A stretch of 60,831 bases of DNA, the filler included, from Hausera hauseri (Eukaryota): assembly GCA_046269625.1 (NCBI GenBank). It is 11 parts of 11 records of this genome, joined end to end, with 100 filler letters (N's around TTAATTAATTAA, not from the genome) between each part and the next. Parts side by side here need not be neighbours in the genome. Positions count along the whole stretch, not along the records: positions 55,958 to 60,831 come from JBJURY010407811.1; 10 more parts are not named here. One strand, 5' to 3'. The notes below the pieces were generated by a model that was given only the letters and a program-made list of their open reading frames with translations, did not search any database and had not been told where the DNA came from. Position 1 is the first letter of the stretch. Each line of letters opens with the position of its first letter. Shown one piece after another: positions 60,427-60,831 of the stretch. Made by a program: the position numbers and the translations under genes.

Positions 60427-60831
60427 TTAACAGATAATAAACATTAATTGATATTCACTGGAATAACAATGTTCATGTTGTTTGTTATATGTTAACTTTG
60501 ATACTTGACTAATAAAATTTTGACAATTCATTTTTCTAGTTTTAAAAGCTTGGCACGTTAGAAATTTGATAAATGCTTTCCATAATTTTTTGTACGTACA
60601 TTGAAAAAGGTTCATTAACTATGTTTATCACCTTTAAAGAAGGTGATAATAATGGTTAAATTGGCAATTTTCAAAAATTTAGATATACCATTAAATATCT
60701 GTGTGTATGCAAACTTTTCTGTGTGTCTGCATGCCAAATTGTCTGTGACTGCACGTGAGTATGGGTTCCTATAGAAATTTACGTTATTAACTGGAAAAAT
60801 AGTAATTTATTTTTTGCATATCTTAAACTTT

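Overview
AT-rich animal (invertebrate-like) repeat-rich DNA made of 12 short contigs (about 4-7 kb each). They are joined by an artificial 100-bp spacer (44 N + TTAATTAATTAA + 44 N), so adjacency across spacers has no biological meaning. Almost everything is decayed mobile DNA: (i) Polinton/Maverick pieces (three protein-primed PolB copies, packaging ATPase, a minor capsid/core protein/major capsid/adenain module, two terminal-repeat copies, a RING-finger gene); (ii) four Ty3/Gypsy elements, at least three from one family; (iii) Tc1/mariner, hATm-like and piggyBac DNA transposons and a TTAA MITE. Two things stand out. First, an LTR element at 31048-37962 has LTR, PBS and gag, then about 3.8 kb of unknown coding sequence (ubiquitin-like domain, AT-hook, no recognisable PR/RT/RH/IN), then a chuvirus-like glycoprotein. 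A second gag + unknown, apparently pol-less element lies at 26239-30947. Second, intronless fragments of conserved host genes (BICD, QSOX, POLD1, CCT3, NF1, GNAS) are co-oriented with one Gypsy family; three start at an LTR end, and several are fused to one another in frame. All protein identifications come from my own translation and motif recognition, not from database searches.
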